Source: Candidatus Anaeroferrophillacea bacterium | Lineage (GTDB): Bacteria; Desulfobacterota; Anaeroferrophillalia; Anaeroferrophillales; Anaeroferrophillaceae | NCBI GenBank assembly: GCA_016933675.1 | Contig: JAFGAM010000075.1 | Coordinates: forward strand, 7,822-71,821 | Direction of reading: 5' to 3' | DNA length: 64,000 nucleotides | Shown here: in pieces, positions 28,638 through 39,116 of the stretch | Layout of the letters: each line of letters opens with the position of its first letter | How positions within the stretch are numbered: position 1 is the first letter of the stretch | Translations under genes and position numbers: made by a program | Notes under the pieces: generated by a model | Told to the model about the DNA's origin: nothing | Seen by the model: only the letters and a program-made list of their open reading frames with translations | Database searches by the model: none

Positions 28638-29072
28638 ATGGCCGACCTGCGACCCATGGAACCCGTCCAGACCTGGCTGGGACGCCTGGCCCACGGCGCC
28701 GACCTGCTGGGGGAGATTGCCGATTTCTGCCGCGAACGGCACATCGTCCTGGGGCGGGTGGAGGGCATCGGTGCGGTGCAGCGGGCCCGCCTCGGCTACT
28801 ACGACCAGGCGGCGCGGGAATACCGCTTCTTCGATCTCGACCGGCCGCTGGAGATCACCTGCCTGCTGGGAAACATCTCGCTGCGCGACGGTGAACCCAT
28901 GGTCCACGCCCACCTGACCTTGGCGGACGCCGACGGCCGGGCATACGGCGGCCACCTGGCGCCGGGCACCGTCATCTTCGCCACCGAACTGCTGGTGACA
29001 AGCTTTTCCGGCCCCGGTCTGCACCGGGCGTTCGACGAACCCACCGGCCTGCCGCTCTGGCGCCTGGGGTGA
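28638..29072 (+). CDS. PPC-domain (DUF296) protein
   Basis: RL..G.DLL..I, GIGAV, EIT.L.GNIS, HAH, YGGHL, D..TGL.LW. Confidence 0.88.
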   Translation: MADLRPMEPVQTWLGRLAHGADLLGEIADFCRERHIVLGRVEGIGAVQRARLGYYDQAAREYRFFDLDRPLEITCLLGNISLRDGEPMVHAHLTLADADGRAYGGHLAPGTVIFATELLVTSFSGPGLHRAFDEPTGLPLWRLG

Positions 29073-29082
29073 ACCCCGAACC

Positions 29083-29679
29083 ATGAGCCGGACATCCATC
29101 CTCGCGCGCTACGAACGGACGCCGGACAACCGGCTGATAATCGACGCCGCGGTACGCGGCATCGAAGATCTCTACGAACATTTCGATCGGACGGCGCCCT
29201 ATCTGAAAAAAGACCTGGAAGAAAACTTCGCCGCCTATCTGCTGGAATGCGCCCGGGAGATCGGCCGACAACGATTTATCATCCGCATCTGCCTGTCGGC
29301 CCCGGTCACTAAAATCGGCCGGGAGCGGGTGCGCCGCAGCATCAACAGCTATTTCATCTACCTCGGCCACCGGGAACAGCGGGCCATCGGCCGTCTCATC
29401 CGCCGGACGCTACTCCTGATGGCGCTGGGCACCGGCTTGCTGCTGCTCGCCATCCTTGCCGGACGCCGCCTGCCGGTGAGCGCCAGCGTCACCGCCGAGG
29501 TCTTCGCCCAGGGCCTGACGGTGGCCGCCTGGGTATCGCTCTGGGAGGGTATCGCCACGCTGCTGCTGGACTGGCAACCCCTGCAACGGGAACGCAATAT
29601 CTGCCGCCGGCTGGCGGTGGCACCGGTGGAATTCCGCCGGTTACGCCCCGACCCTCCCGAGGCCGGCGCGCCGCCGTGA
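29083..29679 (+). CDS. conserved hypothetical membrane protein
   Basis: FD..APYLKKDL, two C-terminal TM helices, QGLTVAAWVSLWE. Confidence 0.7.
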   Translation: MSRTSILARYERTPDNRLIIDAAVRGIEDLYEHFDRTAPYLKKDLEENFAAYLLECAREIGRQRFIIRICLSAPVTKIGRERVRRSINSYFIYLGHREQRAIGRLIRRTLLLMALGTGLLLLAILAGRRLPVSASVTAEVFAQGLTVAAWVSLWEGIATLLLDWQPLQRERNICRRLAVAPVEFRRLRPDPPEAGAPP

Positions 29680-29784
29680 TCCGCAACGCGACGGCAACAA
29701 CGAAACCATCATCCACTCATCCACGGAAGAATTGCTTCGCCGCCACCTGAACCTGTAAACCGGATGCAGAGAAAGGAACCTCCC

Positions 29785-30369
29785 ATGAAGCGACTGCTTA
29801 CCCTCACCACCATGCTGTGTACCCTGATGATCCTGTTCACGGCGCCGACGATGCTCCAGGCGGTGGAGATCAAGGGCGTGAACCTGCCGGACAAGATCGC
29901 CGCCGGCGATGCCGACCTGTCCCTCAACGGCGCCGGTATCCGCAAAAAGCTCATCATCTCGGTCTACGTCGCCGGTCTTTACCTGCCGGAGCGAGCCACC
30001 GAGGCCCGTGCCGCCATCGAGACCGACGTCGCCAAACAGATCCGCATGGTCTTCGTCTACAAGAAAGTGGGCCGGGAAAAGATGGTGGAAGCCTGGAACG
30101 AGGGTTTCTTCAACAACTCCCAGGAACGCCTGAACACCCTGCAGGAACGTCTCGACCGCTTCAATTCCTGGTTCGATGCCGACATGCACAAGGGTGACGA
30201 GGTCGTTCTCACCTACCGGCCCGGCAACGGCACCACGGTATCCATCAGCGGCAGCGAGAAGGGCACCATCCCCGGCGCCGATTTCATGACCGCCCTGTGG
30301 GCCGTCTGGCTCGGCGACAATCCCGCCGACCAGCGGCTGAAGGAGGCGATGCTCGGTGGCGGGTACTGA
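29785..30369 (+). CDS. chalcone isomerase-like periplasmic protein
   Basis: Signal peptide, LNGAGIRKK...VYVAGLYL, F..AL..VWLGDNP....LK..MLG. Confidence 0.88.
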   Translation: MKRLLTLTTMLCTLMILFTAPTMLQAVEIKGVNLPDKIAAGDADLSLNGAGIRKKLIISVYVAGLYLPERATEARAAIETDVAKQIRMVFVYKKVGREKMVEAWNEGFFNNSQERLNTLQERLDRFNSWFDADMHKGDEVVLTYRPGNGTTVSISGSEKGTIPGADFMTALWAVWLGDNPADQRLKEAMLGGGY

Positions 30370-30384
30370 AACGTCGCCGGCCCC

Positions 30385-30420
30385 CGTCCCCGGATCCGCC
30401 GGTCGGCGGATCCGGGGACG
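30385..30420. terminator. perfect 16-bp GC hairpin after chalcone isomerase-like gene
   Basis: CGTCCCCGGATCCGCC-GGTC-GGCGGATCCGGGGACG; no U tract, so terminator role uncertain. Confidence 0.5.
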
Positions 30421-30532
30421 CTCCATACCTCATGAAGCCGTCATGCCTGATCTTCATGCTAAAGTTCCGTATCCCTTGCCCCGATGGTTCAAGAATCATT
30501 ACGACATCCGGTTTTGCAGCAGGAGGGAAACG

Positions 30533-32465
30533 ATGCCCCATACCCGCAGATCGCAATTCACGGAACTGACAGCGATTTTCAGCCTCAAAGTTATCGCGGT
30601 CCTGCTGACGGCACGACCGCATCCCGCCGGCGCCGCGCCCCCGGGCGGTTTTCACCGCGTACTCATCGTCCACAGCTAAGAACCCGGCCAGATATGCGGC
30701 CAGCCCCAGGCCGACGGCGTGATCGGCGCCCTCGATGCCGCCGGTTTCCATGACGGCGAGAACCTGGTCATCGACCAATTTTTCATGGATACCAAGAAGA
30801 CCTGGAACACGCCCGAACAGATCGCCGAACGCGGCCGGCAGGCGCGGGAGCGGCCTCAGACCTTCCGCCCCGATCTGGTGGTGACCATCGACGACAACGC
30901 CACCCGCACCGCCATGCTGCCCCTGGCCGGCGGTGATATCCCAGTGGTGTTTTCCGGCATGAACGGCCAGCCGGAGGATTACAACCGGGAGAAAAAATTC
31001 ATGGAAAGCCGGGAAAAACCAGGCGGGAACGTCACCGGCGTCTACGAAAAACTCCATTTCGGCGATGCGCTTGACGTGATGCATGCCATCAACGGCCTGC
31101 ACCGGGTGGCAGTTATTCTCGACGCGACGCCCACCGGCAATGCCCTCCGTCGGCAAATCGAAGCGGAGGCCTCCCTGGCCGACGCTCCGGTCACCGCGGT
31201 CTGCCGGCAGGTGGGTGAATTCGAAGCATTCAAACGTGCCATCCTGGAAACCAACAACGATCCCGAAATCGGCGCCACCTATCCGGTGGTGGGTTCACTG
31301 AAAACCGCCGACGGCCGCACCGTCACCACCGACGAGATATTTTCCTGGCTGTTCACCTATGCGAAAAAGCCGGAAATGACGATCAACTATTACTTCTCCC
31401 AGCGCGGCATGTTCGGCGGCGCGGCGGTGGATTTCCACGCCATGGGTGAACAGGCCGGGAAGATGACGCCGCCATCCTCACCGGTACCACGGCCGGCGAC
31501 ATTCCCATCGCCGACGTCCGGGAACAGGCACTGGTATGCAACCTGGAGCGGGCGCGGCAGCTCGGTATCGAAATCCCCGTGGACATCCTGACCGCCGCCG
31601 ACACATTGTACGAAAGTCTTGCCCAGGCCCCGGCCGCCGTCTGGTTCCGGCTCCGTGTCATCCAGAGCTACGAACGAGGCTACGGCTGCGGTGCCCCCAT
31701 CGAAGAGGGCATGCTCCGGGATCTGGCTGATGCCGGATACCGGGACGGCGAGTGGCTGGACCTGTACCATTACTACCATGGATACCCAGAACACCCACAT
31801 TACCGCGGCGGCAATCCGTGAGCGCGCGCGGCTGGCAGGGGCGGAAATCACCCGCCTGCGGCCGGACATGCTCGTCCTCATGGACGACAACGCCGTCGAA
31901 CACGTGCTGCCGCCGCCGGTCGGCACCGGGCTGCCGATCCTCTTCGGCGGGACCAATGTCCCGGTGGAATTCTGCAATCGCACCGCCGGATTCATGAAAA
32001 ACCGGGAGCGTCCCGGCAAGAACGTCACCGGTGTCACCGAGGAACATGAACTGATCCAGAACCCGAGACTGATCAAAAGCCTCGTTCCGACCGCCGAAAC
32101 CGCGGTGATCATCTACTCCCGCGCCACCCCGTTCATCGGCCGAATGGGGGAGGTCAACGAGGCCTGTATCGCCGCCCACCGGGATTCCCTGCCCATCCGC
32201 TTCGTCGGCGCGGAAACCGTCAGCACCCTGTCAGAATACCAGTCCCTGATCAGGAAATACGACCACGATCCATCCGTCGACATCATCTATACCTTCGCTC
32301 CCGTCAGCCTGGTCCGCGATGACGGCACCGCCGGTCCGGCCACGGAAACCACCCGCTGGATGGCGGCAAAATTCAGAAAAAACCCGGCTTCACCTGGCTG
32401 ATAAACTGGGTGGAAGCCGGCTACCTGGCCTCCGCCGGCATCGACCTGATCGGCGCCGGATTCGC
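30533..32465 (+). pseudogene. tandem ABC-type substrate-binding (ABC_sub_bind-like) gene(s), inactivated
   Basis: AGGAGG RBS; premature TAA in HS*E (30677-30679); frameshifts near 31465, 31775 and 32375; two homologous units each with SY/MDT/PD...DDNA/P..F.G.N/PG.NVTGV.E. Confidence 0.75.
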
Positions 32466-32638
32466 GGATCAGCCGTCAGGAACCGGAAGTCAGAAGAAAA
32501 ACTCCTGACTCCTGAAGAGGTTTCGCCTGTAAAGACCATCAGAAACAGCGGGTAAAGGAAAGCCGGAAAGCCGGTGGACACCCCATAACGGGATTAATTT
32601 CGGCTGCTCGCGAAGGCCCGGACCTGGGCGTCGAAGGT

Positions 32639-33016
32639 TCAGGCAAGCAGGTTCTTCTGCAGCAACAGGCGTTTCCATCGCGCCGCCGCTTCCGGACCGC
32701 CCTCGGTTTCCAACAGGCGGACGCCGATCATTTTCGCCACCAGCACCCCTTCATGACGCTCCTGGACCCATTTCACTTCCCCCAGATGCTGGAAATGTTC
32801 CGATATTTCATCGAAATCAACCGCCAGCCACAGCCGGGTGCCGACGGGAACGGGGGAGTGAACGCAGAATCTCAACCCTTCGACCGAAAGATCACGGGTC
32901 AGGCAATGAAACGTCTGCCCCTCGAGCGCGGCGGCGGCGGGAGCGTATATGACGGTCACGGAAACCCGGCTTTGTTCTTCGATCCGCGGATGTCTGCGTT
33001 TGTCGTTCATCGCCAT
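32639..33016 (-). CDS. PilZ-domain c-di-GMP receptor
   Basis: RxxxR (KRRHPR) and DxSxxG (DLSVEG), GEVKW, GVR. Confidence 0.85.
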   Translation of the reverse strand: MAMNDKRRHPRIEEQSRVSVTVIYAPAAAALEGQTFHCLTRDLSVEGLRFCVHSPVPVGTRLWLAVDFDEISEHFQHLGEVKWVQERHEGVLVAKMIGVRLLETEGGPEAAARWKRLLLQKNLLA

Positions 33017-33159
33017 TTCTACCGCCGCACCGCCGGCCTGACCGTTCCCATGCCGGGTGGATGATTGCGAACCCCGGCCTGCCGGCCCCGTTCCCGACAC
33101 CTGATACCGGATCCGCCCCGAATGTCAATGGGAGGGGTGGAACGAGCCACCATGCCGCC

Positions 33160-33523
33160 CTACAGCACCATCTCGTCCTCCGGCCGCCAGGCCGGATCGA
33201 CGATGCACAGAAAAACCAGGTCGCCGGTGCCGGTATTGTCGATGTACTGCACCGCCCGGGGCGGGATGCAGACCGTGTCGCCGGGACCGACTTCACGGAC
33301 CTCGCCGTCGAGGTGCATCCGCCCTCGCCCGGCAATGATGTAGTACAACCTCACTGGTCGTGAGCCGGTGCGCTGCAGTGCTCTCCCCGGCCGCAACCGT
33401 GGCGTGAGCGAGACTGTAGCGCAAACGCAGGTCCGCCTTGTCAGGGTGCAGCATCTCCCGCAGCCGGCAGCCATCGCCGGCGATGAATTCGGGACAGTCT
33501 TCAAGACGGATTACGGCCATCAT
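33160..33523 (-). pseudogene. cupin-domain protein split by a 1-bp frameshift
   Basis: N-half MAVIRLEDCPEFIAGDG..LRE.LHP...YSLAHA.V..GEST..HRL.TSEV; C-half YYII.GRG.MHL.....V.PGD.V.IPP...Q.I.N.G...L.FLCIVDPAW; extra T near 33348. Confidence 0.8.
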
Positions 33524-35420
33524 CAGCCTCCCCTGACAGTTCTTCGAGCAACCGCCGATAGATCCCCTCCTCGTCGAGGGCGTAGCGCCGCCGCAGTTGG
33601 GCCAGGGGGGCGTGTTCGACGAAGCGATCCGGCAGACCGTGGAGCGTCACCCGGGTACCGCGCCCGCCCGGCCGGCGGGCGACATACTCGGCCACCGCAG
33701 AACCGAAACCGCCGGCAATGGTGTTCTCCTCCACCGTAAGCAGGAACGGCATCTCCGCCAATAGTCGGTCGAGCAGTTTCCCGTCGAGCGGCTTGACGAA
33801 ACGGCAATTGACCACCGTGAACGCCCGCGCCGGATCCTCCGCCGCCAGCCGTCGGGCGGCGGCCAGCGCCGGAGCAACAACGGAACCGACCGCCAGCACG
33901 GCGCCGGCGGCGCCATCGGCAAGCACCTCCCAGGAACCGACGGGGAGACAGCGCCAGGTCTGGTCCAGTTCCACCCCCAGGCCGCTGCCGCGGGGATAGC
34001 GGATCGCCGCCGGGCCGTCGAGATGGAGGGCGGTCTTCAGCAGGTGCTGGAACTCGTTTTCATCCTTCGGCGCCATGATCACCAGGTCGGGGATGAGCCG
34101 CAGATAGGAGAGGTCGAACATGCCATGATGGGTCGGCCCGTCCTCGCCCACCAGACCGCCGCGGTCGAGGCACAGAACGACCGGGAGCCGCTGCAGACAG
34201 ACATCATGCACCACCTGATCGAAAGCCCGCTGCATGAAAGTCGAATAAATCGCCACGAAAGGTTTCATCCCCTGGGTTGCCATCCCCGCTGCCAGGGTCA
34301 CGCCGTGCTGCTCGGCGATACCGACGTCATATACCCGTTCGGGAAAATCGCGAGCGAGAATCTCCATGCCGGTACCCGCCGGCATCGCCGCGGTGATCCC
34401 CACCAGCCGTTCGTCGTCGACGGCCAACCGGGCAAGGGTGCGACCAAAAACCTCGGTATAGGAGAGCGGGGCGTTCTTTTTCTTGTCCACCGCGCCGGTG
34501 GTGATATCGAAGGGACCGATGCCGTGGAACTTTTCCGGACGTTCTTCCGCCGGCCGGTAGCCCTTCCCCTTTCTGGTGATAACGTGGACCAGGATGGGGC
34601 CTTCGAGCTTCTGCAGGTTGCGGAAGGTATCGACAAGATCGCCGAGTTCGTGCCCGGGCAGCGGCCCGACGTACTGGAAGCCAAGATCCTCGAAGAGGGT
34701 GCCCAGCGGCACCATGAAGTTCTTGAAGGTACCCTCGGCACGTTTGACCATCTTGAAGATGTTGTTGCCCACCGCCGGGATGTGCGTCAGCACCGATTTG
34801 ACGTCATGACGAAAGCGGTTCACCGTCTCCCCGGTCATCAGCCGGTTGAGGTAACCGGACAGGGCACCGACATTGGCCGAGATGGACATCTCGTTGTCGT
34901 TGAGTACCACGATCAGGTTGCGATCGAGGGCGCCGGCATGGTTCATGGCCTCGAAAGCCAGGCCGGCGGTGAGTGAACCGTCACCGATCACCGCCACCAC
35001 CCGGCGGTCATCTTCCCCCCGACGCTCGTGGGCCAGCACCATACCGAGCGCCGCGGAGATGGAGGTACTGCTGTGGCCGACGTCGAAGGTGTCGTAGACG
35101 CTTTCCTCACGTTTGGGAAAGCCGCTCAGGCCGCCCGCCTGACGCAGGGTGGAAAACCGGTCGCGGCGGCCGGTAAGCAGCTTGTGGGCGTAGGCCTGAT
35201 GGCCGACATCCCAGACCAGGAGGTCACGGGGGGTATTGAAGGTATAATGCAGCGCGATGGTCAGTTCCACCACCCCCAGCGACGGCGCCAGGTGCCCGCC
35301 GGTGCGAGAGACGGTATCGATGATGCGCTGCCGCAACTCCGCCGCCAGCCCGGGCAGATCACCGCGGGCAAGCAACCGGAGATCATCCGGGGAATCGATG
35401 CGGTCGAGAATATTACTCAT
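33501..35420 (-). CDS. dxs: 1-deoxy-D-xylulose-5-phosphate synthase
   Basis: GGHLAPSLG.VELT, WDVGHQAY.HK, GHSSTS, IGDGSLT.G, NDNEMSI, GIAEQH, DGPTH, IRYPRG. Confidence 0.97.
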   Translation of the reverse strand: MSNILDRIDSPDDLRLLARGDLPGLAAELRQRIIDTVSRTGGHLAPSLGVVELTIALHYTFNTPRDLLVWDVGHQAYAHKLLTGRRDRFSTLRQAGGLSGFPKREESVYDTFDVGHSSTSISAALGMVLAHERRGEDDRRVVAVIGDGSLTAGLAFEAMNHAGALDRNLIVVLNDNEMSISANVGALSGYLNRLMTGETVNRFRHDVKSVLTHIPAVGNNIFKMVKRAEGTFKNFMVPLGTLFEDLGFQYVGPLPGHELGDLVDTFRNLQKLEGPILVHVITRKGKGYRPAEERPEKFHGIGPFDITTGAVDKKKNAPLSYTEVFGRTLARLAVDDERLVGITAAMPAGTGMEILARDFPERVYDVGIAEQHGVTLAAGMATQGMKPFVAIYSTFMQRAFDQVVHDVCLQRLPVVLCLDRGGLVGEDGPTHHGMFDLSYLRLIPDLVIMAPKDENEFQHLLKTALHLDGPAAIRYPRGSGLGVELDQTWRCLPVGSWEVLADGAAGAVLAVGSVVAPALAAARRLAAEDPARAFTVVNCRFVKPLDGKLLDRLLAEMPFLLTVEENTIAGGFGSAVAEYVARRPGGRGTRVTLHGLPDRFVEHAPLAQLRRRYALDEEGIYRRLLEELSGEADDGRNPS

Positions 35421-35509
35421 CCCGGGGTTCCATTACTTCAAAAAGAGTGAATCCGGAGCCGTTGCGGTCCCTTCCATTATGCCGTATTTCGACAAGTACC
35501 GCGGATCCG

Positions 35510-36379
35510 CTACAGAATATCATCGAAACTCAGCTGCTGGCGCTCGATGATCTGCCGCAGCTTGACCAGGGCGCCGCCCTCGATCTGGCGGATGCGTTCC
35601 CGGGTCAGGCCGAGAGATTTGCCGATGCGCTCCAAGGTCTTCTGTTCGGTGCCGTAAAGACCGAAGCGATGGATGATGATGTGTCGTTCCTTGTGGTTCA
35701 ATTCCCGGAGCCAGAAGAGTATGGTCTTCAGGCGAATCACCCGGTGCAGATGTTCATGGGGCGTGTCGCCGTCGGTATCCGGCAACTGATCGAGGGACAT
35801 CGTTCCGCTCTCGTCGTCATCCTGACGCCCGGGAGACAGCCGCACCATCTGGTTGTAGGAATTGAGAAACGCCGGGATGGTGCTGAACTCGTGACCGAGG
35901 TATTCGGAAACCTCCTCGAGGCTGGGGTCGCGATGGTTATCCTTGATGAACTCGCGACAGCCCTTGAGATAGAGGTTGAATTCCTCCATCACATGGATCG
36001 GCAGCCGCACCACCTTGCTCTGGTTAATAATCGCCCGTTTCATATACTGGCGAATCCACCAGACGGCGTAGGTGGAAAAACGGCAGTTGCGTTCGGGATC
36101 GAATCGTTCCACCGCCTTGATCAGCCCCAGATTGCCCTCCTCCACCAGGTCGGAGACCGGCAGACCGCGGTTGACATACTTCTTCACCAGATGGATTACC
36201 AGCCGCAGATTGGCCTCGATCATGCGCCGCTTGGCATCGACATCGCCCGCCTGAACCAGCCGCGCCAGGGATATCTCCTCTTCCTCGTTCAGCAGCGAGA
36301 TACCCCGCACATCCCGGAGATACTGCCGCAGCACCTCCTGCTCATCGAGATAGCCGCCGCTGTTTCTGCTTTCAGCCAT
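35510..36379 (-). CDS. rpoS: RNA polymerase sigma factor, RpoS-like (no region 1.1)
   Basis: NLRLV, DLVEEGNLGLIKAVERFDPE...RFSTYAVWWIRQ, RLPIH, TLE.IG...GLTRERIRQIE; downstream of pcm. Confidence 0.8.
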   Translation of the reverse strand: MAESRNSGGYLDEQEVLRQYLRDVRGISLLNEEEEISLARLVQAGDVDAKRRMIEANLRLVIHLVKKYVNRGLPVSDLVEEGNLGLIKAVERFDPERNCRFSTYAVWWIRQYMKRAIINQSKVVRLPIHVMEEFNLYLKGCREFIKDNHRDPSLEEVSEYLGHEFSTIPAFLNSYNQMVRLSPGRQDDDESGTMSLDQLPDTDGDTPHEHLHRVIRLKTILFWLRELNHKERHIIIHRFGLYGTEQKTLERIGKSLGLTRERIRQIEGGALVKLRQIIERQQLSFDDIL

Positions 36380-36525
36380 GCTCCACGCCCTTTCCCGCCG
36401 CCAATCATCCAGAATATCCCTGCGCTTTGCATCCGCGTCCGGCCCGTAACCCGGTCGCTCCGGCGATGACCGGAACGGGTTCGACGGCATCTCCGCCGCC
36501 GGACACCCCCGTCCGCAGACGGCGG

Positions 36526-37167
36526 TCAGGCTCCGGCATGACGCCCCACCAGCGGCACGAAGCTGCATGGAATCAGGCGCTCCCGGCAGATTCCGCCGTC
36601 ACCGTCACGGGTAACCCGAAAGAGGAACTGGCCTGTGGTCGTTTCCAGAGGAATGACCATCACCCCGTCAACGGCAAGCTGTTCCACCAGCGGCACCGGC
36701 AGCCGGGCGGCGACGGCGGATACGACGATGGCGTCGAAGGGCGCCTCGTCGCTCCAGCCGTAGGTGCCGTCGAAGATACGCACCACAACGTTGTGACAGT
36801 TCTGCCGTTCCAGGCGCTGCCGGGCGGGAATTGCCAGGGAGCGGTACTTCTCGATGGCGAACACCCGCTCCGCCAGACGGCTGAGCAGTGCCGACAGATA
36901 GCCCGACCCCATGCCGATCTCCAGCACCTTCTCCCGGCCGGTAAGCCGCAGCTGGGCGAGGAGATAGGCGACGACATAGGGCTGGGTCATGGTCTGCCCC
37001 TCGCCGATGGGCAGGGAGTGGTCGCCGTAGGCCCGGTCCGCGAGGGCGGAATCCAGAAAGGCGTGGCGCGGCACGTCATGCATCGCGGCCAGCACCCGCA
37101 GATCGGTGATCCCGCGCTCCGCAACCTGCTCCTCAACCATCTTCCGGCGCCAGGCAGTGTATCGCAT
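36526..37167 (-). CDS. pcm: protein-L-isoaspartate O-methyltransferase
   Basis: VPRH.F, AY.D..LPIGEGQT.TQPY, VLEIG.GSGY, DG..GW...APFDAI, FVPL. Confidence 0.93.
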   Translation of the reverse strand: MRYTAWRRKMVEEQVAERGITDLRVLAAMHDVPRHAFLDSALADRAYGDHSLPIGEGQTMTQPYVVAYLLAQLRLTGREKVLEIGMGSGYLSALLSRLAERVFAIEKYRSLAIPARQRLERQNCHNVVVRIFDGTYGWSDEAPFDAIVVSAVAARLPVPLVEQLAVDGVMVIPLETTTGQFLFRVTRDGDGGICRERLIPCSFVPLVGRHAGA

Positions 37168-37179
37168 CCCGCCGACCGC

Positions 37180-38112
37180 TTACTCGTCGCCGAGGTTTTC
37201 GAGGTATTTTTCCGCCATCACCGCCGCCACGGCACCGTCGCTCACTGCGGTTACCACCTGCCGCAGCGGCTTTTGACGGATATCACCGGCAGCGAAGAGC
37301 CCCGGACACGTCGTCACGGTATCCTCCCCGGCGGCAACGAAACCGCGGTCATCCATCGCCACCAGACCCTGGAGCAGCGCGGTATTGGCCCGCATGCCGA
37401 TATAGATGAACACCCCGGTAACCGGCAGCACGGTGGTTTCACCGCGGTTCACATCACGCACCTCCAGCCCCTCCACCGCACTCTCGCCGCGGATGGCTAC
37501 CGGGACATGGTTCCAGACAAAGGCGATGCGATCGTTGGCGAAGGCCCGCTCCTGGACGATGCGCTCCGCCCTGAGGGTGTCGCGCCGGTGGACCACGTGT
37601 ACCCGGCGGGCGAATTTGGTCAGAAAGAGGGCCTCCTCGATGGCCGAATTGCCGCCGCCGATGACAGCGATCTCCTGGTCGCGGAAAAAGGCACCGTCAC
37701 AGGTGGCACAATACGATACCCCGACACCGCGCAGGTTGTCTTCACCCGGAATGCCCAACTTTACCCACTCGGTGCCCATGGCGGCGATCAGTGCCCGGGC
37801 GGTGATCCGGCTGCCGTCGGCAAGGGCAACACTGAACCCGGATTCGTGCCGCTCAAGCGCCGCGGCCTCCTGGAACCGGCGCACATCGAGACCGAACTGC
37901 TGCGCCTGCTTCTCGAACAGCGGACCGAGTTCAGCCCCGGCAAGGGGCTCCGGAAAGCCCGGATAATTTTCCAGCGTTTCGGTGGTGGCGATCTGCCCGC
38001 CCATCATCATCCGCTCCAGCAGCACGGCATGCAACCGTGCCCGCGCGGCGTACAACCCGGCGGTAAGGCCGGCAGGGCCGCCGCCGAGAATCAGAAGGTC
38101 GCAGTCTGACAT
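37180..38112 (-). CDS. trxB: thioredoxin-disulfide reductase
   Basis: GGGPAGLTA, ENYPGF, GVSYCATCDG, GGGNSA.EEA, HRR, FAAGD. Confidence 0.95.
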   Translation of the reverse strand: MSDCDLLILGGGPAGLTAGLYAARARLHAVLLERMMMGGQIATTETLENYPGFPEPLAGAELGPLFEKQAQQFGLDVRRFQEAAALERHESGFSVALADGSRITARALIAAMGTEWVKLGIPGEDNLRGVGVSYCATCDGAFFRDQEIAVIGGGNSAIEEALFLTKFARRVHVVHRRDTLRAERIVQERAFANDRIAFVWNHVPVAIRGESAVEGLEVRDVNRGETTVLPVTGVFIYIGMRANTALLQGLVAMDDRGFVAAGEDTVTTCPGLFAAGDIRQKPLRQVVTAVSDGAVAAVMAEKYLENLGDE

Positions 38113-38272
38113 ACGGTGAACTTCCTTTCGATCATGCTCCGGCACAAGGCTGATTCGGTGTTTTTTTTCCCTTTACACAACCATATGCACGACGATTTAA
38201 AACCTGTTAAACACCAGCAAACAGTACATGCAGATAACACATTAACTACCACCTCTGCAACCATATTAGAGC

Positions 38273-38287
38273 GTTTGTTCAACAAAC
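38273..38287. promoter_or_regulatory. palindrome GTTTGTT-C-AACAAAC in AT-rich trxB upstream region
   Basis: Perfect 7-bp inverted repeat read directly; function unknown. Confidence 0.3.
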
Positions 38288-38309
38288 CGGTAAAAATGAT
38301 CCGCCCGGA

Positions 38310-39116
38310 TCAGTTGTCCGGATTCCCGGAATTCATTACCTCGCGCAGTTCGAACTCCCCCACATCGCGATAGCGAAAGCGATCCCGATCCGTGATCGGG
38401 TCGAACCGCACGACGGGCCATGAAATCTCGAGGCTGCCGCCGCGCCAGCAGAGGGTCAACCGCTCCGGAAAGCGGCCGTCGGGGGTCTCCAGCAACCGAT
38501 CGTAGGTCACGTGCCATTCGCGGCCAGCGGCAAAACGGATGATTTTGCCCGCCGGGAGACCGTCGCCGTCAACCAGGAAAGTGGTGCGGGGACGATCGGC
38601 CGTATCACCGGCGGCAGGCGCGCCCCCGGAAACCGAAAAACCATCCGGCGGCGCGAAGAGCAACGCCCAGTCGGCCAGCAGACCGGCGTAGGCGAGAAAC
38701 CCGTCGCCGTTTTCAGCCGCCGCAGCGGCGGTGCGGGCAGCGGCGAAGCCGTGGCGGGTCACCCCGTTATCGGCATCGGTAAGCCAGAACTCGCGTTCCA
38801 CCAGCAACAACCGCCAAGCCGTTGTCTGCCAGGGTGTCAGCCAGCGGATCTCCAGCCGCGACGGGTAACGTCCGGCGATCTGTACCCGGGAAGCGTGCCG
38901 GGTACCGTCGCGAGCGGCAAGCCGGATGACGCCCCGGGCCTCGAAGTCCTCCAGCGGGACGAACAGTTTCCAGGCGGTAGCGGCGGCGGCGGGAGCCGCC
39001 GGCAGCACCGGCGGCGGCAGCCGCCGGCCGGCACACCCGGCGGCCAGCAGCAAGACCCACAGCAGCGGCAGCAACCGCAACCGGTCAGCGGCGATGCACC
39101 AGTTTTTCGATCTCAT
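38310..39116 (-). CDS. lipoprotein, LolB/DUF4292-like
   Basis: Lipobox LAAGC, Pro/Ala linker, beta-rich body with P.RLEI...TPW and Y........FP..L segments; start uncertain. Confidence 0.55.
   Translation of the reverse strand: MRSKNWCIAADRLRLLPLLWVLLLAAGCAGRRLPPPVLPAAPAAAATAWKLFVPLEDFEARGVIRLAARDGTRHASRVQIAGRYPSRLEIRWLTPWQTTAWRLLLVEREFWLTDADNGVTRHGFAAARTAAAAAENGDGFLAYAGLLADWALLFAPPDGFSVSGGAPAAGDTADRPRTTFLVDGDGLPAGKIIRFAAGREWHVTYDRLLETPDGRFPERLTLCWRGGSLEISWPVVRFDPITDRDRFRYRDVGEFELREVMNSGNPDN

Noticed and set aside
30677-30679. Recoded stop (selenocysteine or pyrrolysine)
   Set aside because: Codon is TAA at a Tyr position and the gene has several further frameshifts.
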